Of a stretch of DNA of 64,000 nucleotides, positions 37,516-53,844 are shown piece after piece (the stretch's first letter is position 1; each line of letters starts with the position of its first letter). The translations under genes were made by a program, and so were the position numbers. This stretch comes from Tubulanus polymorphus (Eukaryota > Animalia > Nemertea): assembly GCF_964204645.1 (NCBI RefSeq), contig NC_134034.1, positions 10,304,962 to 10,368,961 on the forward strand, in the 5' to 3' direction. The notes beneath the pieces were generated by a model that was not told where the DNA came from, did not search any database, and was given only the letters and a program-made list of their open reading frames with translations.

Positions 37516-39109
37516 TTCGGCTGAAAGAAAAACGTATTCGGCGTATAGAAAATAGTCGAATTTCTGCCTTACTTTCATCTTGTTTTTGTCTCAATGAATA
37601 TCTTACAAAATCTGAACTTACTGTTTCATGATTTTCGTGGAATGGGAGCCAGATTACCATTCATTGCAAGGAAATTTGACTAAACCAGCAAGTTTTGCGC
37701 CTTACAAAACGGTGCACGAAAGGCCTATGTCTCAAGATCTTTGACAAAACCGGTTATCACCAAGGAAATTAACCCATTGTTGTTACGAATTCGTTAGAAA
37801 AAACAAATTTGAAACTTTATTACGAAATTGTGTGGATTATGAGATGAAATGGAAAAATGACAATCGAAAAGCACTAGCTCTTGAGGAATTTATCCCTGCG
37901 CCCGAAGCAGTCAAATCCATTAGATCCATTCCAAATGGATTTCAACTGAAATGAAGACCCTGTTGCCGGTCGATGGAGGGCCCATCATAAATACTGTCAA
38001 CAGAAACATACACGATGCCGCTGCTGCTAGCTAACCCGGGACATGTCGAGTGCAATTTAATAACGCCTCGATGATTTTGATCTACGGAATTATTGGTTGC
38101 ATAATCGATCCGGCGAACGAAAGCAGTAAATTTACTTTCGGCTTAGGATAAAAGATTCATTGCTCCGTCGACATATGGCCATGTTTGGTTACCAGTGACT
38201 AATTAGTTTTCATCGGCAATCGCAGGACTTATAATGTGAAATCCTAGTCATTAAGGTTAACTGTTCGGTCAATCCGTGCTTTGTTGAAGCTGTACGTGAC
38301 CTTGCAAGGCCTGCTGAAATAAAATGTGAGCCTTTTAGGCATTGCAAACTTTGGGGATCACGTTCTAGGCTCTACCCATGATGCACTGCAATGAATCTGC
38401 TATCTCTGTTTTGTAAATATATGAATCTTAAAGGATTTCACAAGCTCATAAAACTGGGCAAATTTCCAACGATTCTCATGGCTCTCTCTTACTTGTGTGA
38501 CTTGTCTATCGGGTTAAGATTTAACTCTAACAATTCTACCCGGGGAGCGGACTAGTTTGCAAGACTGTGCCTAGGAAAACTACCCGATTTCGCGACCCAA
38601 CCTCAAAACATCGGCCCTACTAAAAGCTCTCAGAAATGCGTCGCGTCGTAAATTGTTATTTCGAAGAAAACTCATCAAGGCAGATGATACCGAATTTTTT
38701 CGAAGCCGAGTTGGAAAATGACTCATACACACGCGCTCCGACCCTGGTAAGGGTGGATAGAATATCTGCGGTCAAAGTAATATTGACGACGACGGTGTTG
38801 TTTGATTTATTTTTATCCTGTGTAAATTGTTCTCGGGAAGAATTATGTTCGATGATTACAGAGCGCAATGAATCGAATCAGGATATTTGACGCCTAAACG
38901 ACGACACAAATTACTGAATATCATGAAAAATTGTATTGCCCTCCAGTATCGTCTGCTATCCACTAGGAAAGTGGTTCCACCTAGCGTCGATTTCAATGGT
39001 AACCGACTGCAACGGAATGCTACTGTGAGAATTCCACTCGCGACTAGTGAGGTTCTGCTTGGCGTGCTAGCAGTTATAACCTTCAATTTTTTGTTCATTT
39101 CGATGAGGC

Positions 39110-39360
39110 AATGCTAGTGTGGCAATTGAGGATTCCACTTGTGGCAAGTGAGGTTCCGCTAGTTGTGCTAGTAGTTAGGCCCTTCAATTCGTTTCTGCAT
39201 TTTGTTGAGGCAACGCTACTGTGGCAATTGAGGATTCCACTTGTGGCAAGTGAGGTTCCGCTAGTTGTGCTAGTAGTTAGGCCCTTCAATTCGTTTCTGC
39301 ATTTTGTTGAGGCAACGCTACTGTGGCAATTGAGGATTCAACTTGTGGCAAGTGAGGGTC
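39110..39360 (+). repeat. 102-bp tandem duplication within a dispersed repeat family (tgtggcaagtgaggatccaccagg..gctagt)
   Basis: Two near-identical units plus a partial third. Related motifs occur at ~28845-28970, ~51700-51800 and ~52190-52310. Confidence 0.8.
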
Positions 39361-40367
39361 CGAAGCGTGCTAGTAGTTATAATCTTCAATCTTTTCTACA
39401 TTTGAAGAGGATTCCACTTGCGGCAAGTGAGGATTCAGTGAGGTTTTACTTAATCAGTTTTTCACGCTAATTTCAACGCCCCTGTGGCAAGCAAGGATCC
39501 ACCAGGTTCGCTAGTAGTTACTCCGTCTTTCGCGTTCAATTTCTTCTACATTTCGATGAAAACCGAAAATGAACTTTTCTCTTAAATAGATCAAATATTA
39601 TGGAAACTACACCGATATCTAAGTAGAAAAAAATGAATTTATATATTCTGAAAATGAACTGATTTTGACGACGAAAGACCGAGTATTCGTCACGCCATCT
39701 GGCGGGGAAACCTGGCGTTGCACCTCCCAATTAAAATCGAAATAACTTCTTCCTATTCATCTCAGTAGTTTTCCACGAATAAGAGTTCTGAAAATCGTCT
39801 CTAACTCGGGGCCGGTTCACGCTCGTACCGTACTCGATGCGGCAAAGATGACATTAATTCAACGTCGGATCAAAATCGCATCGCAGTCGGTTACGGCGAT
39901 GTTACATTATCGCGGAAAGATGATATTTTATGGCAGCGAAGACGCGAGCGTGAGAAACCCTGGAAACCCTTTTTCATTATCATCTTAAATACTGGACGCA
40001 CTGCGGATGCAAACTCCCCGTAAACATCGTGAGACGGTGTAAGCTTTTTTTTCTTTATCGAAGTTGGGTTCGTTGAGAACGCTGCTGCGTCTATGATTAG
40101 CAACCTCACCGTCGACTAACTTGGGATTTTAGTTTACTCGGAAAAAATGAAATGAATTCCGAACGTAAATGAAAATATTTGTTTTTCGTAACCCGTACAT
40201 ACAATATAATTGATAATCGATACTATTATGATTTTTTTTTCATAAATACATGATGTTGGTTCCGAGGGATACAGTGCGAGCCAAAAGGCTGTACTTAGAA
40301 AATTAAGGCACTGAAACCCTGTGCATAGTGCATTATTGGTGCAATTGTGTACAAAAGAGATATAGTT

Positions 40368-40745
<378 letters not shown>

Positions 40746-41049
40746 TGAACTACTAGATAGCTCGTTGTCCAGTCCAACTGCAGCGCGGCAAACTCCGCCT
40801 TCATCAACGATCTCATTAGACCTCGCAGCCCAACTCATAGCCAAATCGAGGGACAAAAATGAAATCATATTCTGACTACTAAACGTATTTTCGGATCCTT
40901 AACTCGAACTGTGACCCATCTTGCCCGTCTCCAGTTTTTCCTAGTAAGGCCAGGTTAATTAATAACTTGAGTTTATCTAAGTTTCTGACTCATAGCTTCT
41001 GTTAACGTCCCGTGAGATTGTGTTCTTTGTGACATCTGTTTCTGATTTA

Positions 41050-41140
41050 ATTCCGCAAGATGATGGCTGTTAGTCAACGGCCGAAACGTCGTAGTTTCAT
41101 TTCAGTAAATTCTATCGTCTATAAGATTCGAATTATGTGC
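41050..41140 (+). mobile_element. Penelope-like element LTR remnant with a degenerate hammerhead motif
   Basis: The sequence reads aagatga-t-ggctgtt-agtc-aacggcc-gaaac-gtc. The downstream sequence is shared with the copy at 57305-57393 (-). The core CUGAUGA is mutated to AAGAUGA. Confidence 0.5.
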
Positions 41141-41963
41141 CTTCTTCGTTTATCTATTGCACTTAGTTCCTCTCATTGGTCTAGATTCGATCTGGCACTG
41201 GTTCCGCGCCGTATAAGACAAGAGGCTTGTGATAGATATCAACCCTAATTTGACCCCTAATTACGGAAACAAATAAAACTTCTATCATAAATTCTATAAA
41301 CAAATATAAAACGTTTCTTACGCCATCTACATGAACGAAAGGTCGGGAAAATCGGAGCCAATAGTTTGTACCGTAAATATGCTTACTCCAATATTTACTA
41401 AACACGTCTACTTCCGGTCGTCACGTGGTCCATTCGGTTGCGCGAAGCCCATAAAATATTAACGTTTATAAGAGATCGGCCAATGCGCGGATGTGATTGC
41501 GAGTAAAGGTTTTCGTAAGTACACGACGGGACGCCGACCGGAGAGTGCCACAGCAGACGAACTGGACACATATTCATCAACCAGCACATCATAACTGCTT
41601 TTGTTTTGCTGAGAAAAGTTAGTACCATACAGCGTAGACTCTGCCCTATTTGATCGAGTCGAAATCAATCGCCGAAAAAAATAATTCGCCGATCTCTTCC
41701 GGTACCTTATTCGGGGTTTAGATTAAGAGCTGGTTTAGAATAACGAGTTTAGGAATTTCCAAAGGGTAAGGAATAGAATTCACACCAGAAAGCGCTGAGT
41801 TATTTTTCTGATTTTGCCGATACCGGGTAGGGCAGAGTTTACTACTTTGTAATTTACAAAGCTTTCAACGCAAAAAGAAAAACACAAAGATTCCAAAACG
41901 ATTATTTCGAAATAGGAAATCCACCGTTTTTCGAAAGTAGTCCGGTGTCTGTAAACGGGGACG

Positions 41964-44900
41964 ATGTTCGCGGTACGATGGATTACGGTTCAACTGACGC
42001 TGTTAGGTTTTCTGACTGGTATTTCAAAACAGGCGCCTCTCAGCGACGACAAAGGTTTGTGAACTTATTTTCTATTCGCACTTTTCTGAGTTACATTTAA
42101 CTTTTTTCTATCAAGGGAACTCGGGTATTTATTCAACCATTACTGATATCAAATTGATCGTTAGATTGTCTGCTAATGGTTCATTTTATTTGACAAACTC
42201 AAACCTCGTTGGGTTGATACATAGGGAGTAGACCTATATTCAGTGTTGGAACTATGTTCGTTCCATCAGGTGGTTGCGAATATTCCAATTCAATTCTATT
42301 CAATATTTATCTATCATGAAATTTTGCACGATTGTTGATAAACAGAATAAAATTTACTAAGGAAAGAAGAATGGTGTATATAAAATATTTTTGTACATAG
42401 AAACAAATTAACACACTTATGCAAGTTACCAAATTTCAAAATATTTACATGTATGGAAAAAGTGGATATAGATTTAGATCGTGTGCAAGGCTTTAAATCC
42501 TTTGTCAACAAATTTGCCTACATACTTAGCTATTAGATGATTAGAGAGTAAAATCCTGAATCGGTCTTCCTTGTCGAGACTTCGAATGTTGGGGAATATC
42601 TTACAAATATTGCTATAAAGTTCATCTCTCGGATTTTCCCATCTAGAGCACACCGTAATAAAATGGAACTCAATTTCAACTGCCGTACACACGGTGCAAA
42701 GTCTATCTGCTTTGGGTATTTTTTTATGCCTGCCTCTCTCAATAATATGATATCTTCTGCTGCATATTCTGTATTATGAATTATTTCTACACATGATTCG
42801 ATGACGTGGTTCCGAACAAAATCTGTTAATAATTGATTATTTTCGACCATGTGTACCTCCACTGTGCACGGCGCGTGTCGCCCAAACTATGCGGGTATCA
42901 GTGTACTAGACTTGTTGGTTGGTTATCTTGTGTGGGTTTAATTTGACTCGGGTCCTACATGTGGCTTTAATTCGACTCTAGAAAATCAGTTTCACAGTTG
43001 TGTGGTTTTAATTTCACTCTGGATCCAGTCCTAAAGTTGTGCGGGTTAAACTTCCTTCTGGACCTAGTTACACATAATTGTGTGGGTTTAATTTGACACC
43101 GAAAAACCACTTCCACAGTTGAGTGGGTTCAATTAGACTCTGGATCCAGCTCGGCAGTAATGTGGGTATAATTTGACTTCGGAACCAGTTCCACAGTTGT
43201 GTGGGTTTAATTCTACTCTGGAATTAGTTCCACAGTTGTTGTGCAGGTTTAATTTCACTCTTGATCCAGGAGTTTTAGTCCGCACCAATCAGTCGACTGG
43301 CCTCTCGGAGGTAATCACTCAATTCGGATCAAATTAATGTACGTATTCGACTATCGATCTATAATTTTAATATATTAGGAACCTGAACGCAAATAGGGCC
43401 TGTAAAGCACACAAATAATCTATAAGTGTTTATAAATGGCCACGTTGGCAGTCAGTTGAATGACCCTCCACGATTTCCCTTAAATTTCACTTCGCGTGTG
43501 ATACTCGATTCCCCTGCCGTCTCTCGGCAAATACGCGTTAAACGCCGAACAGGATATGAAACTTTCATCGACAGCCGTAGTTTCGAAGTGTCGCTTTTTA
43601 CGTAACCAGCTTCGCGTGAACCTCACGTGCCAGAGTTTACGTTGGTCAAATAAACGCGCAAACTCGGCGAGTAATGTAAAGAAATGAAAGTTTAACCGTT
43701 GGTTTCGGGTTAGTTCGAATTCTTGATTTAATATCCACAGACCACTTGACTTCGATAAAATCCAGGCCACAAGTCCCGACAGCGGCGATTTGGTTGTTTG
43801 GTGATAAACATTGACTCGTGATGATGGATTTCTAGATTGCGTTTGGAATCTGTCGCCGATTCTATTCACAGCACGTTTCTGAAGCGATTTGACGTTGAAT
43901 CAGAGGTAGAAAATTGGCTCATGTTGCAGTTGCTTGGTTTTAGTTCAATGCTAGATACACGGCTATGTGTAGAAGAATTCACCACGAGACCCGCGTTTCT
44001 ATCCTGGCTCACTGTTTTCCCTCCCCCCCCCCCCCCCCCCCAAGAACCCATGCTCTCCTACCACGACAGCTGTGAGTGAAGACGTTCACTTAGAACCTAA
44101 TGTGTCTTTCCTATCGGAAAATCTCCCAACAGAAAGGAGAAGGATTCACCAAGAACCAATGTGTCCGTCATTCTTGCTGTTCTCCAAAACCACCACATGA
44201 TGTGAGAGGGTTCATCAAGTGTCTGTTTATACTTACAGTAAATGACTATGATTTATGGTATATGATATTTACCATACAACGTATGATATTCTTGACTGCT
44301 TCGAGGAGAGTAGTTCACTGAAAACAGTTCTATACCAGTCATCAAATGTTAAAAATACCCGATCCATATATATGTTTACAGATTCTAAAATAATCATGGT
44401 GTCGCGACGCGCTGGGGATGCCGGTGATCATTTCAATATGGAAGCGTTCGGGGACACATTACGGGTCGATACTAGATCGACAGCACGTGCTGCCCCCTCG
44501 CGGAACAAATCAGTCGACGTCATCGACCCTAACGACGTGCAGATATACGCAGCGAAAAATAACAAAATTACACCAGAAAATCTGCCGAAAACGGTAGGCA
44601 ACAACTTTGTTACGTCGAAATTAGGAAAAAGTCCCTCATTTGTGCTCATTTGCATATGCTAATTTTTATTTCAGAGAACGAGGCTGCATAAGAGGCACGA
44701 CGCCGTGTACGCGTTAACTACTGAAACGACACCTAGCGGCGAATTTCATACGGTGGTTAGTATTCAAAGATTTAAAAATCTGTGTCCGTGTTGAAAATAA
44801 ATCTGAAATTGATCTGTATTCATTTATCATCAAGGACGGTTGGTTTACTTCTAAACGCGGTGATGTCTACCGTGTCGAACCAGTTGTAGAGATGGCGCCA

Positions 44901-47900
44901 CTGAGCGGACCCGGCGAAGGAATTCGTCACACGATTCGCCGCCAGACGGCAGCAGACTTGAGATCACGTGATTACGACACCGGTGCGCGATTGTTTTCTG
45001 TCATCCGCCCGAAATGGATCTTGAAATCTAAAAAAAAAAATCTCGATCTTTATTTTTGTAACTTTTTATCCGTAGCTCTCGCGGCCGGAATCACGGAAGA
45101 AATACAACGAAAGAAAGACGACACGAACAACAAGTCCAAACGAACTGGTCACCACGGCAACCAAGAGGCGATCCTTGAATTATTGCTGGTGATAGACAAC
45201 TCCATCTATCGGTATTATAAAGAAGCCCTTGCAGCCGGTAACGAACAGAGGGCGCTGATGAAAGTGAGACTATACTACAGTCTGTTCATAACGATGGTTA
45301 GTAAACTCGGGGCATCGCAGATCCTCGATTGCCAGGGTAACATTACTGGTTTTCCCATACTCATGGGTGATTTGTTTCACACTAGCGCCACCTAGAAGAT
45401 CCTTAATTACTGCAACCTAGAAATAAGTAGATAGATCAAACAAATTCGAAAATACAATTTTCTTTGAAGACTAGTTTCGCACTTGCAGCCGTGGCCACAC
45501 TTCGACGTTCTCATTTTGGTTACGTTAAGATATTTTCTAAATTTCTTCGCAGATGAACCAGAGATATGAAAATTTACAGAAAGATGGCATTTTCATTACT
45601 ATAGTACCGGCTGGTTTAATCGTTTCTGAGGTAGGTTCATTCAAACTACGTTTTATCGCCGTTTCATTGTGAAGTTCTCGTGTAGAGAGCCGAGGCCACA
45701 GAGCCGTCGACACAATAACACGGAGACCTTTTGTCGTACACGCCACAAACTGGTTTGTACCAGAACAATCGAAATCCGACCTATTTGGTCAATCTATAGA
45801 TTGCGCATGAGCGGTCTGTGGAAGGTCTGTTTGCCGTCTCGAGCTGAACTCGATCTCACAGACTGTGGTCACATACAATGATAACCACACAACTAGAGAG
45901 GTGCCACGACCACAATTCTGGGTTTCACCTCTTTCACGTAGCTCAAACACTGCTGCATGAAACAATATAGCTTAGACCTTTTCGTGCAACTGGTCCGTGT
46001 ATACTACCTGTTAATGACGTCATAACGGCCGTTATCCATACGAAAATGTACCGAAATCGAAAACCTCTTTGATCTCACAGACTGTGGTAATATAAAATGA
46101 TATAAAGAGAGGTGCCTCGACCACAAAACATGCAGCTGTAGCAAAATCAATCCCTATATTTAGACAATATAAGTCTGTCCCTTGTTCCAACCATATAAAG
46201 GCTTCTATCGAATAGAATATATAATTTAACTATAGGATCGAGAGAGCGCGCGATGGGCTGAGCAGCACATGTTCCGTATGCCCGAGGATGGTAAACTAGC
46301 ATTGGACGCGTCCGTAGGATTAGAGGGCTTTAAACAATGGGTGAAAAGGGAAATCGGTCAACTCCCGAAGTTCGACCACGCTATGACAGTTACAAGGTTA
46401 GTATCGAAGGCCAGTAACCAGGCTCCAGCTTCACAAAAAAGTAAAACTCGATTTCTTTTTGTTTAGTTGCTATTTGTTACTTCGTCTTTATCAATGAGGG
46501 CACATTAAAACTGAAATGTTTTCATGTTACTTGGCCCATGACCCTTGGGAGTTCAGTTTTGAGTGAGAGTTAAATTTCGATGATAAGTCCATCGCTTTGA
46601 CGTCACCACTTCTTAATTTACTAATTAACCAATCAATCGATAATGACGTTTAGGTATGCCTTGACGAGATACGGAAGTGTAGCTACATCCGGTATGGCCT
46701 TCGTCAGAACAGTGTGTATGACTAAACACGGCTACGCAACGTCGATCATTGAGGAAAATGGCGGATTTTCCGGTATCGGGACGGCTACACACGAACTGGG
46801 ACACAGGTGAGTCCCTTACGCAGCCATCTAGAGTTAACTTCAACTCATGACTGTGTAACTGGATCCTGGGCTGATATGTTTGTGTACGTTTTTATTCTAT
46901 ACTTTCAGTCTAAGCGCCAAACACGACGGACAAAAGAAAAACGTGCGCTGCCCAATGACGGACAATTACGTCATGTCGCCGAGCAACAGCATGGATTCGG
47001 CCGTTTTGAAAAATTTCTTCCAGTTTTCCGAATGCACTAAACGCGCCTTCAAAACATTTCTCGAGTAAGATTCCAAACGATGGGCATGCAGTCCAACGCA
47101 TTAGTTCGGTGGCAATTTCAGAGAGCGTGTCTAGCTCTTTCGGCTAAGATACAAATATTCTTCCAAATTTATGAAATGATGCACATAGCTTTATCGCCAT
47201 CTTTGGTCGTATTTCAGGAGCGCCCAGGCTGACTGTTTGTACGACACGGCACCGAAGACGGCTCACCATAACGGCGGTATCCCGTTACCGGGACAAGTGA
47301 TTACAGTCGAGAAACAGTGTAAAGATGTACTCGGCGAAAAATCCGGATTCTGTCGGGTAGGAATTCCCAGATTTACAAAGTTTAAGTCTCCTGGGGCATT
47401 GATTTCTTAAAATCAGACCAGTATAAACCCCTTTTTGGTTCAGTCCGTGGTCAATGTAACAAATAAATCCAGTCTCAGCTCATTTTGGTTCTGTAGCCAA
47501 ACTAACAACTTAACACCAGTCTAAACTCATTCTGGTTCGATAACCAATCTTAGAACTTAAGACCAGTCTAAACTCATTTTGTTTCTATAGCCAATCTAAC
47601 AACTTAACACCAGTCTAAACTCATTCTGGTTCGATAACCAATCTTACAACTTAAGACCAGTCAAAATTCATTTTGGTTCTATAACCAATCTAACAACTTG
47701 AGATCAGTCTAAGCTAATTTTGGTTCTATAACCATTCATAATTATACAACTACCTAACAGTGGCGCAGGGCTAAGTCTTGGACATATCCATGATATTTGC
47801 ATAGTCGTTTTTGCAAATGTTGTTTATAGCTGGACGAACGATTTATGGATGAAATGTGTTCACGACTCTGGTGCAAGGACCCGAAGAACCCGTCGTCTTG

Positions 47901-48853
47901 TGTCGTAATGGGTCAGATGACAGCCGCCTTAGGCGCCACCTGCGGAGATAAAAAGGTACTACTCAGGCAATTTATCCAAGTGCGCGCCCGTCTCCGAATA
48001 AAAAAGCCAAACATTTCTAATAGGATAATTAATATTTATTTCTGGATTGTTTTACAGTGGTGTATCAACGGAGAGTGTGTCCATGATGAGAAGGCTCCAC
48101 ATATGCGACGTAAGATCGGTTTTTCTTTATTTGTTGGCTGTGTCTTAAATATCCACTTAACAATACCCGCATTGCTCTATTATTGATATGACAAAAATGG
48201 CAGACTTCAATATGAAATCCCCTACGTTTCCCGATGTTTTATTGAGCTAATTCTACATATCGAATATGATAAGGCAGAGGTTTCAATTGGTCTCTACCGA
48301 TTCCGCAGGAATTCTCTTATGGCGCATTCGTTTTGGCCTGAATACGCTCTACCTATTCCAGAATTAGTGTAATCTGTAAACCTGATAGAAGCGGCCGGTA
48401 GAGAGTTTGTATAATCTGTAAACCTGATAGAAGCGGCCGGTAGAGAGTTTGTAATCTGTAAACCTGATAGAAGCGGTCGGTAGAGAGTTTGTAATCTGTA
48501 AAACTGATAGAAGCGGCCGGTAGAGAGTTTGTAATCTGTAAACCTTATATAAGCGCCCGGTAGAGAGTTTGTGCTCCGGAAATTGCTATTCCTAGACCGG
48601 TAAACGCCATTCGAAACTTGCCTATAGTCTCTTCACCTCAGGAATACGAAATGACAAACTTGAAACGGTGCGACTGTATCGAATTTCCCGGGTATGTCTC
48701 TTTTTTCCAGGATGTCATTTCGGGGAAGCGGATACCGCGTATTGTAAAGCGCTGATTGAAACCGACATCGAAGCCTGCAAGAGCTACGATATCCGCACGA
48801 AATGCTGCAAATCTTGCCCATCTAAATTCGGTCCGAGCGGTCGGTTCGGGTAG
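41964..48853 (+). CDS. Secreted ADAMTS-like (M12B reprolysin) zinc metalloprotease, ~586 aa: signal peptide, prodomain, catalytic, disintegrin-like/Cys-rich and PLAC-like domains; no TSP1 repeats
   Basis: Predicted exons: 41964-42054, 44382-44593, 44675-44755, 44835-44982, 45076-45296, 45553-45630, 46236-46396, 46654-46806, 46909-47064, 47218-47356, 47830-47955, 48058-48109, 48711-48853. Phases are consistent. Motifs: signal MFAVRWITVQLTLLGFLTGISKQA, convertase-like KSKR, ILELLLVID, FDHAM, GMAFVRTVC, zinc site HELGHSLSAKHD, Met-turn YVMSP, LPGQ..TVEKQC, CSRLWC, GATCGDKKWCINGECV, C-terminal C..G...C....C....CCKSC. Confidence 0.9.
42285..42740 (-). mobile_element. 5'-truncated non-LTR retrotransposon remnant (C-terminal Cys/His knuckle region plus 3' UTR) in ADAMTS intron 1
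   Basis: The minus-strand ORF CTAVEIEFHFITVCSRWENPR...RFRILLSN...VGKFVDKGF resembles the C..C...E.E.HF...C C-terminus of LINE ORF2. It is followed by an AT-rich 3' UTR and a short (GAATT/GAATA)n tail. Confidence 0.65.
42930..43265 (-). repeat. Degenerate ~41-bp minisatellite (same family as 15127-15510)
   Basis: Repeated gttccacagttgtgtgggtttaatttgactctgg units. Confidence 0.85.
48368..48572 (+). repeat. 40-bp tandem repeat x5
   Basis: gtaatctgtaaacctgatagaagcggccggtagagagttt. Confidence 0.92.
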
Positions 48854-50733
48854 TGCTTTCCGAAATCGAAAGATAGACCGCAGTATATTATCGACCACTC
48901 CGGTTTAGTTTCGGAAATGCCTGAATGAGGACGCTGCGGTCTAAATTGCCTTGAACTGCTATCGCGCATGTAGATGATTTTGAACGTATTTGCAATAACT
49001 AAAATATCCGTTGGTCTGGATTATCAAGAGCCGGTTCTGAATTGGATCCGGTTTATTCGAAATTAGGGGGGGGAGGGCACAGACACCACTTCTGTGCCTG
49101 CTTAGTCAATGTTCTCTTATTACGGTTAGCTGTGAGGGGACGGGTTCACCGAGAACCAATATTGTCCGCTCTAGCCAACAAAGCTCTGAACGGATTTGTT
49201 CACTAAGAACCCGTGTATCTGCGAGGGATTAAACTAATCTGGATTGGGCAAGGATCGGCGGTAGGGGGCGTTGTGTCATATTTACCACGTCACTGTTTTG
49301 CATGTTTGTATCTAAATAAATATAAATGCTGAATATCATACAGTTAATTACGTAGAAATAAAAACTGGATTCAGAAAGAATTTGACTCTTTAAAGGAACC
49401 ATTTTATGATATATTCAAACGAGCGGTTTCAAACGGGGTTCGATGAGTTCGACCGGAACCTGCCCCGCTCATTGGCGAAGTTCCGCCCAGATGCCTGTCT
49501 CAAGAAATCTTTTTCAGCATCGATTTCAAAATCGATTCACTCGTTGGCGACACTTTCTCATTTATTTTCGTTCAAGATATGCGCATGCATATAAACTTAC
49601 TTGATTTGAGACCAAATTGTAACAAAAGAGTAACATTTTCACTACAAATTTATGCTAGGAATTGTGAAATTGTTTCTCCGCATCTTATTTTTTAAAGTTT
49701 TCTGCGCGAATACTCCTCGGATTCGACATTTGCGCTGGTACCTAACAAAAAGTACCATTTTCAGAAAACTAGTTCCACTTTCATGAAAATCGAACCCGTC
49801 CTCCAACGGTTGGCTACGGGCCAGCGTTGTACAGTCATACGCCCGCTTCACCAAGAACCTTAACTGTCTGATGCACCACAGATTGATCAAAATCGGTTGC
49901 TTATTTGCTAGAGATATTTGCGCAGTTTGAACACAGGCAAATGCCGACAGGAGTCCTGTCGGCAAAAGTCACGCAAATTTGAATGAACGTGTCTGGGTGG
50001 GTGGTTACACTAGGATCGTAGAGCGATGAAGATCACTGTCAGGACTGGGTGGAATCTAAAAACCGGAATCTTAATTTCGGCGTCAGTTATATCGATTAAA
50101 AGTTTTGGACCATATTCTATAATCCCACCGTTAGGCGTTATACATATTTACTTACGTTGGACAAAACTCCTTTTTCCAAAAAGATCCGACGGCTCTGTAA
50201 AAACATAGAATAGAACCAGCGGTTTTTTGAATTTTTATTTCAACTATTTGTTGTTTATTTTGTTTGATCTACTCACTACCGCTTTACAATAAAATATACG
50301 TTTTACACATTTTTAGTATCACATTATAATATCATAGCAAATTGCGTTATTATTAGTTAAATATATCTTTATCAAATGGTCTTTGCTAACATGTCGACTA
50401 CAAATTAAAATTAATCATAGTTATTGTATACTTTTATTATTATCATCAAATTATATCAAATACACGATCGCTTCGTTGTTTTTATTGCGTTAAAAGATAT
50501 TCTATACCTGCGCCACCGAGCGAACTTCGATGACGTCACGAACGACAAAGGAAATTATTTGATATAGAAATGCGAAAAACACACGTTAAAGTCCGAAATT
50601 TCAAAATAATGTTCACAAAAGTCATTTTCGACAAAAAAGAAACATTCCAAAATGAACGACATTTCGGCGGTCGCGCGCTTTGTTGTAATCAGAATGACCG
50701 CCAGGTGGCGTGAGAGTGCATTGTATTCAGTTT

Positions 50734-52636
<1,903 letters not shown>

Positions 52637-53540
52637 GGTTAGTGTTTGGTCGAATGGTCGAATTGAAATTGATGATCTCTGAAGTGTTCTATAATACGGA
52701 AGATAGATTACAATGTGTTACGAAAATCGGATTTTAGAAAGTTCGAAATTTCGCTAGTTGCCAGATATCACGTAAACGAATATCTGTAAAAAATGTATAC
52801 ATGTATTAATGTATACATTTCGGTAAATTTCATCGAATTAGCCTACACACGGGTTTTGCTGAAAAGTCTTTCAGAAAAGAAATCGAGAGAATGGAAGATA
52901 GGATGAGGGAGGATGAAGATATTTTGAAAGATCGGAATGGTTTTTTTTTTAGTGTCTTCACTAAGCTGAAGGAAATTGATTTCTACTACGCTTTTGCTTT
53001 GGATTTTAAGGGTAAATCCTTATTTCACCCAAAGAACCCCTACGCATCACTCGTTTCAAAGTTTCGAATTTCCTTTTTCTCAATAAAGTAGGAAGTACTT
53101 GAGATTAAGTAGAACTCATCTGAATTCGATGATTTGAAAAATGGTAGTAACGAGACAAAATATGAAATAGCAAGATATCAAAGCGATACAGATTGATAAA
53201 AAAAAGAAAATCGAAAAGAGAAAATATTTCATACGGTAAGAATGCGTCAGAATATAACCGAAAAGAAACGAAGTGTGACATTTTAATAGTTAGGAATGAG
53301 ATTGCAACACGGCACCTTTAATGAGCAAAACCTACGGTACATTTTATTTTCCGACAACTTCGAAGTTTTGACTAAACTTAGTTGAACTAAAAGTTAGTTT
53401 GAAATGAAAAAGTTTAGTCGAAACTTTGAATCTGACAGATATGAAATTGCTTTCAAAACGTCAACTGTACTCGTTAACTCCTTAGAATACTGAGATGAGT
53501 ATGAGTTCCTGGCCAGTAACTTAAGCGGTTATATACGAAC

Positions 53541-53602
53541 CTGCGTTTAATCCGTTACGGAAATTGTGACGAGCTCCGCAGACGCGCTGGGCGGTTTTTA
53601 TA
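53541..53602 (-). promoter_or_regulatory. Putative TATA promoter and short non-coding exon 1 of the calmodulin-like gene
   Basis: On the minus strand: TATAAAAA at 53602-53595, an initiator-like TCACAAT ~33 nt downstream, then a donor CAG|GTTCGT at 53541/53540. There is no ATG in this exon. Confidence 0.55.
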
Positions 53603-53844
53603 GCAACGCGCAGGCGCAGCGGCGCTGTGACCTCTATTCAAATCACAACGACCGACGCGTAATTTCGGTAGCGATGATAGATTCAGATTGTTGCGTAGCC
53701 TCTATTAACTTCGCCACTTAACTGCTTGTACAAAAAATACACCGACGACCATTAACTAACCTCAGTAATAACGTTAGGCTAAAAAAATTGATACCTTGTT
53801 TATCGTGATGTAAAGAGTATCCAACAATAATAACGAAACATTTT

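Noticed and set aside
43480-44079. Possible nested antisense gene in ADAMTS intron 1
   Set aside because: Short ORFs with non-ATG starts, no motif and no consistent splice chain found.
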